Assembly: GCA_965112735.1 (NCBI GenBank)
Contig: OZ218964.1
Span: 310,001-374,000 of the forward strand
DNA: 64,000 bases
Source of the DNA: Phaeosaccion multiseriatum
Taxonomy: Eukaryota; Protista; Ochrophyta, other classes
Reading direction: 5' to 3'
A program made the position numbers and the translations under genes. Below the pieces are notes generated by a model. That model was not told the DNA's origin, ran no database searches, and worked only from the letters and a program-made list of their open reading frames with translations. Within the stretch, counting starts at the first letter, position 1; the number at the start of each line of letters is the position of its first letter. Shown in pieces: positions 57,207 through 64,000 of this stretch.

Positions 57207-60200
57207 TCAGGGCCGCAACAAGGCGTATCGCTTTTGGTACTGCTGCAGTGCCCCCCCTCCTCCTGGTCCTCCTCCTCCTCCTCCTCCTCGTCCTCCCATT
57301 CCCACCCCTCCTACTCCTCCTCGGCCCCCAGACTGTGGTGGACCTCCTGTACTGCCGCCCATCTCTACACGCCTTACACTTCCACCTCCTCCACCTCCAC
57401 CACCACTACTACGCCCGCTTACCAGGCCCTGGAATAACTGCTGACTCAGATCCTGCGACGCCATGCCCCCAAACTTGACTTCGTTGTTAGCCAAGCCCGA
57501 TAGCGAGCGCTGATTGTCTCTCACCTGCCTGGCGACGCCCTTGGACACATAGTGTGCCCCTACCCCCACCGGCCGTGCGCTGAAGGCCCCTGCGCTAATG
57601 GGTCGGGCTTCTCTACCGCCCGGAGGCTCTCCCCCCGTCCATCTCCCCTTCGTCAAACCGCCAGCGCTCTCCGGCCGGTTTTCCCGTCTGTGCCCCTCCT
57701 CCGAATGCGCCTGGTCTCCTCCTCCTCCTCCTCCTCCTCCTCCTCCTCCACTCGCTCCTTCTTTATCCCTTGGTCGGACGCGTTTCGCTACAGACCTGGC
57801 GCCGGATGTAGGAGACAGGGGCGGACTCGTTCCTCCGCCGACGGACGGTGATATGAATTGCGGCTCCTCTTGTTGGCGGCCGTTGTCGGAGAAGCGAAGG
57901 GGGGGGTGTTGATGCTGCTGCATCAGCCCCCCTCCTGGTGAAGCGCCACCCTCCTCGAGAATTTGAGGGAGTTGCTCGCTGAGGGACTCTAGATTCTTCT
58001 TGTGGAAGAGGCGGTCACAGGATAAGCACTTCTTCTTAATCTACGCAGGTCAACAGCAAGCACGCAAAAGAGCAGCGTGCAGACCGGTAGGTAGGTAGGT
58101 AGGCAGACAGGGGGGGGGGACGCGCTCGTCACAAAGGAGAAGGCCTCAGCCAGGAACAGGCAGGCAGCGACTGGGTTTGGTCGATGTCTTACGACCGGTA
58201 CAGGCAGGCAGGGGAGCGGTTGCGACTCGTGTTTACTCGCTATCCGGACAGACGCGCCGGAAAACCTTGTCCAGCCTCCCCCTCCACTCCCACTTCTCTC
58301 CCTCCTCAACCCCTCCTCTGCCCTTCCTGGCCCCCTTTTTTTTCCCCTCGCACCACCCTTCTCTCACTCACCAGGAAGGGGTCCTCCTCCTCGTCGCTCT
58401 TGAACATGCTGATGACTTGCGTGAGCAGCCGACTGAAGCCTCTCTTCATCTCGTCCCTACCCGGCTTGTGCTGCAACTGCTCCTCCAGTGAACGGAACAC
58501 CTCGTCTCCGGGGAGGGATGCGCGAATGCCCAAGATGAGCCCTCGCAGCTCTCGTAGGGCCTCGCGGAGAGAGGTGAGCTCCCCTGCCTTGGCGTATTTG
58601 TCGTCGTTGCTGATGAGCGTCTCCTCCACCGCTACCAGCCTCTCCTCCTGCTCTTCACTCATGCCCCAGCCGCCCCCGTCGGGCTGAGCGCTGTTCTCCG
58701 GCTCCTCGTTCCTCGCCTTCTCCTCCTGCTCCTCTTTCTCTCGTCGCCTCCGCTCCACCTCCTCCTCCTCCTCCCTCCTCTGCTTCCTCTTCTTCTCCTC
58801 CTCCTGCTCGTCCTCCGCGCTCGTCCTCGCGGCCTGCTCCTGCACCTCATTGAGCTTCTCCCCGAGGCTCTGCAGCTTGTGGTGCAGGGAGTGAGCCTCC
58901 ACCTCTGTTTGGTGCCTGCTCATTTCATACTGACAGCTCCCCAACACGGCAGCGAGGTGAGACATGCCCAAGAGAAGGGACTTGTGCAGCGGAAACCCTC
59001 TTCCCTTTGCGCCTCTTGGCCGGGCCAATGAGCCACCCTGCTGCCCAGCGTTGCTGCTGTCGTCACTGTCCTCAGAGTCCTCCTCCTCCTCCTCCTCCTC
59101 CTCCTCGTCACCATCATCATCATCGTCGTCGTCGTCGTCGGCATTCGCACTCTTACCCCCTCCCTTCCCTGCGCACACTGAATCCAGTGCCTGAATGTCG
59201 CGTTGGCTGTCCGGGTTGGTAAGAAGTTTCTCCACATGAAGCGCCAAAGACCGCAGCTCAGCCACAGCAACCTCCGCAGCTACAACGCCTCGACCGCCCT
59301 CGCTGGGACGCAGCGCTCCTCCCAGAGCACAGGGATGGCACTCAAAGGCGCGAGTCAGCTGCTCGGCCTCGTCGGAGAGGCTCGCTAAGTCCTTCGATAG
59401 ACGCATCTTGCTCCGGTGCATCGGCCCTCCCTGCGCAGAGGATAGGGGTTCACGGGAGGGGCAGCAGAGAGCCTGATTACTAAAAGGGTTCTTTGAGGAG
59501 TACTACTTCCGGCCTTGTTGGGTGCCTGTCACTGCTGTGCTAGTCCCATTCCCTGCCCTGTACATCTCTCCTCACCTGCTGCCGCTGCTCCCTTCGCAGC
59601 TTCGAGATGCCTCGCCTCGCCGACCTCCTGAGCTCCTCCAAAGCGTCCGCCAGCATGTGCGGTGAGTCAGCAGCAACTGCAGCGCCAGCACCAGCACCCG
59701 CAACTCCCTTCCTGGCACCCCTTCCAGCGGCAGCGGCGGCTGCGGCAGCATTGGCCCGCATAGCCCGAGAAGCTGTAGTTGCAGCGCGCTCAGCAGCAGC
59801 CTCAGCAGCCACAGCCGCAGGCGAGGGAGGGGGGGGCTCAGGAGCTGATTCTGTTGGTACTTGCGCCCAGCTAAAGGCGGCTGGCGCTTGCTTGTATCTG
59901 CCTTCTGCTGTCTCATCCTCACCAATCTCACCACCCGCTGCCGCCGCTGCCGCCGCCGCCGCCGCTGCTGCTGCTGCTGCTGCTTCCTCCGCCGCCGTCT
60001 GCGCTTGGGCTTCCTCCTCTTCGAAGGCCTGCAGCGCCTTGCTTGCTGCTTTGGCATCCTCAGCGGCGGCCTCGGCCTCCTCCGTCGCGCTCCTGGCTGC
60101 TGCGATGAGCGCCGATGTGTGCAGCATGGGCTTAAGGGCATCCCCCGCGTGCAAGGTGTCTCTGGCCTGCTGCCTCTGCTGCTCCAACAACCTCTGCACA

Positions 60201-61765
60201 AGATCGTTCACTTGCCCCACTCGCTCCTCCAAGGCGTGGGACCGCGACCCCAAGTCGTCCACTCTCGCCCCCATCACCGTCTCCAAGTGAGCAAGCTTGC
60301 CGGCAATGGTGGACTTCCTCTTTTTGTGGTGCTGCTGCCGGTACTGCTCTGCCCGCTGCTTCCGCTCCTCCTCTCTTCGAGCCATGATGACGAGGCGGTG
60401 GCGCTCGAGGCGGAGGCGGCCCCACCTTGCCCGCGCGAGCATCTTGCACTCCGGGATACCCCCGTGCTCGATGGTCTCATCGTCAACGCCGACGACGTGG
60501 AGAACCTTCTTGGCGCAGTCGTGGTGCTCCTGGGCCGAGCTTGTCGCCACGACCGTCGAGGGTGGAGGGGCTTGTTGTCGTTGTTGTTGTTGCTGTGGTT
60601 CTTCTTGTTCCTTTTCGTCTTCGTCATCTTTCTCTTCTCGCTGCAAGCCCTCCTCATTTTCTTTACTGTCTTGTCCTCCCAGCTCAGCAGCTGCCCCTTC
60701 TTGTGGCCCTTGGCCTTCTCCTCCCTGTGGCCGGTCAGCAGCTGCCTCTTTCTCTTGCCTTTCTTCCACCGGAGCAGCAAACATGTTCTGGAAAACGGAA
60801 TCCACAAACTCCTGTGGCGCCTCCTCCTCCTTCTCATCGTCACTGTGGGGCATAATCGCACTGATCTCAACCAGTTTCTCCTCCACTTCTTTCTCGAACT
60901 CCGCCAGACGCGTTTGCACCGCGACTACGGCGGGGTCCTCACCACTGCCGCTAGTGTCAGCCTCTACTTGGCCAAGGCGTGCTGCGAGAGCCTCCAGCTG
61001 GTTTTCAATCTCTGCTTGGAATCTCTGCTGCTCGGCGTCCTCGTCGGCTTTAGTGGCGGCTGCTGCCGCTGCTGTTGCCGCTGCTGCTGCATCGGCACCG
61101 GCCGCCGTCGCTGCTGCAGCCGCTGCTTGAGCCGCGGCTTGGCCTCGTTCCGCTCGAAGCACTCGCTCCTTCACTTCTTCAAGATCGCTCTGAGTCGCCG
61201 TGGCCTGCGCCACTGCTGCTCCCAAAGCAACCTTGACTTTGCCAACTTCGCTCTCTATGGCTTGTTGCAGAGCCGCTGTGGTCTCCTCGACGAGTTTGGT
61301 GTGCTGAGCGACGGTAACAGCAGCGGCACGAGCGTATAAGAATGAAGCAAGAGGTCAAGATACAGAGAGTCCCCTCTTCCTCTTTACCGACCCCCTAGGC
61401 AGCTTCTCGCGTCCTTTACTCACCTTCTTGTCGAGATCAGAGACGCTTTCTCGCAGCTCCTCGTTCTCCCTGGCCAGATCGATATTGCTCCTCTCCAGTC
61501 CCAGCATCCGGTCGCTGATGAGGGTGAGCACAGACGCAAGACCACCTGTCGATTCCGCGGCTCGCATGCTCAGCAGCTCGGCAAAGTCCTCGCCCTTCAT
61601 CTCTTCACTGCTGCTCTTACTCCTTGTCTTGCTGGTGCCGCTGTTGGTGCTGCTACTGCTCAGCCTCCTCTCTCCTGCCTCAACCACTTCCGGGCCGTCA
61701 TCTGCGCCCTCTTCGCGTTCTCCCTGGCCACTGTCGAGCTCCCCTTCTTCCTCTAAACCCTCCAT
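57207..61765 (-). CDS. Large coiled-coil/low-complexity hypothetical protein, multi-exon
   Basis: Exons ~61765-61424, ~61310-59575, ~59430-58372, ~57985-57207 with GT-AG borders; Glu/Ala/Gln-rich heptad-like sequence. No recognisable family. Confidence 0.6.
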
Positions 61766-62089
61766 CGTGTCTTTGTGATATTTTGATATTTTGTGGCGTT
61801 TCGAGACGAGGGGCGCCACCTGGTGCCATCGGAAATCGAATCGCCATCCATCGATCTGTGATGTTATTTATTGGGCCCAACACCCAAACAGTACCACTTT
61901 GGCGGTTGGCTCCTTTTTGGTCCCTTGCTGCTTGTCCATCACAAAGAGCTGCGTATGTGGCCAGCAAACAGCGTAAGGGATATACGACAAGTCGACGCTG
62001 CACTGTGATAGCCGCTGCAGAAGTAGTAGCGGCAAGAGGCAGCGGAAAGGTAAGGAGCGGCAGAGCTCCAGCCCAACAAATATCTCGTA

Positions 62090-62251
62090 ATGTATAGTAG
62101 CCGAAGGGAGCAGCATGAGCAGCAGTATGAGCGGCAGCAACGACATCAGCATCAGTGGGAGTACGGACCTGCGGAGCCTCCCATAGGGGTGGCCAGGGTC
62201 CGCCCTCTCGTGCAGAGTGACTCAGGGTACGACCAGTTGGACCAGCTTCAG

Positions 62252-62288
<37 letters not shown>

Positions 62289-63897
62289 TGAGGCTCTACC
62301 ACCCGCAAGCGCCGAATGGATACCATTCCCAGCTTGGCCAGTACCAGCAAGAGGAGCCGCAACTGCAGGACAGAGCTCGCCCGTTCCAGGATCATGCGGT
62401 ACCGCCAGCACAACCAGCGCCAAGGAAGCCCAGAGTCAAGGTTAGCCTGCGAGATCTGGACAGAGCGATGGATTCTTTGCACATTCCTATAAGCTCACGG
62501 AGTCAGGCACGGGAAGCCTCGCCGCGAGGTGCAGGAGCCGGCGAGGGAGGAGGGCTGGGAAGGGCAAGCGGAGAGGAGGCGCAGCACCTCGCCTACGCCC
62601 AGACGGGGCAGGTGCAAGCGCCACAGGGGTTCAAATCCAAGTACCGAGACTCGTTTGGCCCTATGGGAGAGAAAGTGAGTCCATCAGCGCAGGATGGCCA
62701 GTATGCTGCGAATGGAGTCCAACACGGTGGGGGAGGACGTGGGCGTGCTGGCAGGATGCGGTATCCCCAAGGCAGTCCTTGTAGCAGCAGTAGCAGTAGC
62801 AGCAGCAGAGGAGGGAGTCGGATCGATAGCTTCGTTGGTAGCGCCGCCAGGGGAGGGGGGCAGGGGCCTCCTCCTCCTGAGGCCATCAACACTCAAGTCC
62901 GATATGCCCCCCACAGAGGGGATGCCCTGGATCGCCACATGGGAAGGAGGGCACGTGACCTTCCCAGGCAGAGCAGCAGTAGCAGTAGCAGCAGTACAGG
63001 CCATAGACTCGTCGCTGCGAGCAGCGTCCGGGTCACCAAATCTGCCGCCAACACCGGGAGTCGCGGAGTGGAGGAAGGAGGGGAGAGATCAGGCGGTGGA
63101 GCTCCAGGGACGAGGCGGCGACTAGGCGGGGGAGGGGGCAACTACGGTGCTGGTGCGGGGTCGTCCTACGCTGCCCAATACAGTGCCAGTAAGGCAAACG
63201 TTTCGCAGGAGGCCTATGCAGAAGAGGGGGGCATTGGCTTCACGAACTCGGCCTTTGGGGGCAGCAGCACTCGAGGCGTAGCGAGTCACTGCACTGCTTC
63301 GGTTGGTGCGAAGACAAAGAAGGGCAAGAGGAGACCACGGCCGGACGCCAATGGAGGAGGAGGAAAGAGTCCGGGTGGTAAGAGCACCAAGAGCAATGGC
63401 ACCCACTACGTTCAGAGCAGCCCAAATCGACACATGATGACATTCGGATCACCACATCAGCACAGCCCGGAGCTTCAGCAGAACGACAACGATTCGACCA
63501 TGTCTATATGGAAACCGGACCCCGAAGACCTCAAACCGGTGCGGACGAGGGACGAGGTGGGGGGGGGGGGCAGGAGCAAGTCTAGGGAGGGGCAGCAGCG
63601 ACAGCGCTCTTGAGCATTGGCCCCACCCTCTCTGAGTGTTCTGTCTTCCCCCCCCCTTCTCTCCACCTTCGCGTGTCTACTCTGTACATACCCTATCCCC
63701 GTAATTTATCTATTCTCTTCCTCACCGCCTCACTTCTACCGTCGCATCCGCATCCTCTACCTTCGCGCCATAACAACCTCACGACGCAGACAAAGGACGA
63801 CGTGAACGAGAAGCAAATACACAAGGAGTCGGACCTGCTGCTGTACAGCAAGAGAGCACGACCCACTGCCAAGGCATTCAAGCCCTGCACAATTAAG
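62090..63897 (+). CDS. Low-complexity protein, possibly JHY-like; continues beyond the window
   Basis: Large first exon 62090-~63556, then exon ~63790-63897 (ESDLLLYSKRARPTAKAFKPCTIK), which resembles the start of the JHY-type KPYTLK motif. Recognition is from memory and weak. Confidence 0.5.
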
Positions 63898-64000
63898 GTG
63901 GGTCCCTTGCTAGCATGGAGGTCGGCAGGCCCTGTCCTGTCTTCCTGGTGTTGGTGTTCCACCTACACCCGACCCCCTCCTCCTTCTTCTCCTCCCCCTC

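Noticed and set aside
59607-61339. Long antisense ORFs (also at 39676-40845, 43819-44835 and 32702-33778)
   Set aside because: Shadow frames of GC-rich coding sequence on the opposite strand, with no independent motifs.

Overview
This window is eukaryotic nuclear DNA: GC-rich, intron-dense (GT-AG introns, mostly about 100-600 nt and full of microsatellites) and gene-dense. It is most likely from a photosynthetic stramenopile (ochrophyte), inferred from signal peptides followed by an 'A/S-F' plastid-targeting-like motif. I reconstructed exon chains by hand for about 16 genes: SSRP1 (partial), a PAP2 lipid phosphatase, a CaMKK-like kinase, CCT7, an Irc3-like DEAH helicase, an intronless F-box-like/FNIP-repeat gene, a thioredoxin-fold ferredoxin-TPR protein, a bacterial-type PQQ sugar dehydrogenase-PKD cell-surface protein, a fibrillin-like protein, a secreted Gly-rich repeat protein, a tail-anchored acidic protein, a conserved-looking hypothetical protein, a giant low-complexity protein, plastid RNase II, GET4, a coiled-coil protein and a JHY-like protein (partial). 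Most short ORFs in the supplied track are artefacts of microsatellites and introns. Three candidates for novel biology stand out. (1) The FNIP gene has 123-bp repeats with a near-invariant framework and hypervariable slots, an in-frame poly-Asp tail behind its TAA, and sits in an island of gene fragments at about 24.4-28.8 kb. (2) The secreted RRL-motif protein is built from symmetric phase-1 exons separated by four mutually homologous introns. (3) The PQQ-dehydrogenase/PKD module looks horizontally acquired and is fused to a mucin stalk and membrane anchor. All family assignments come from motif recognition; no database searches were run.
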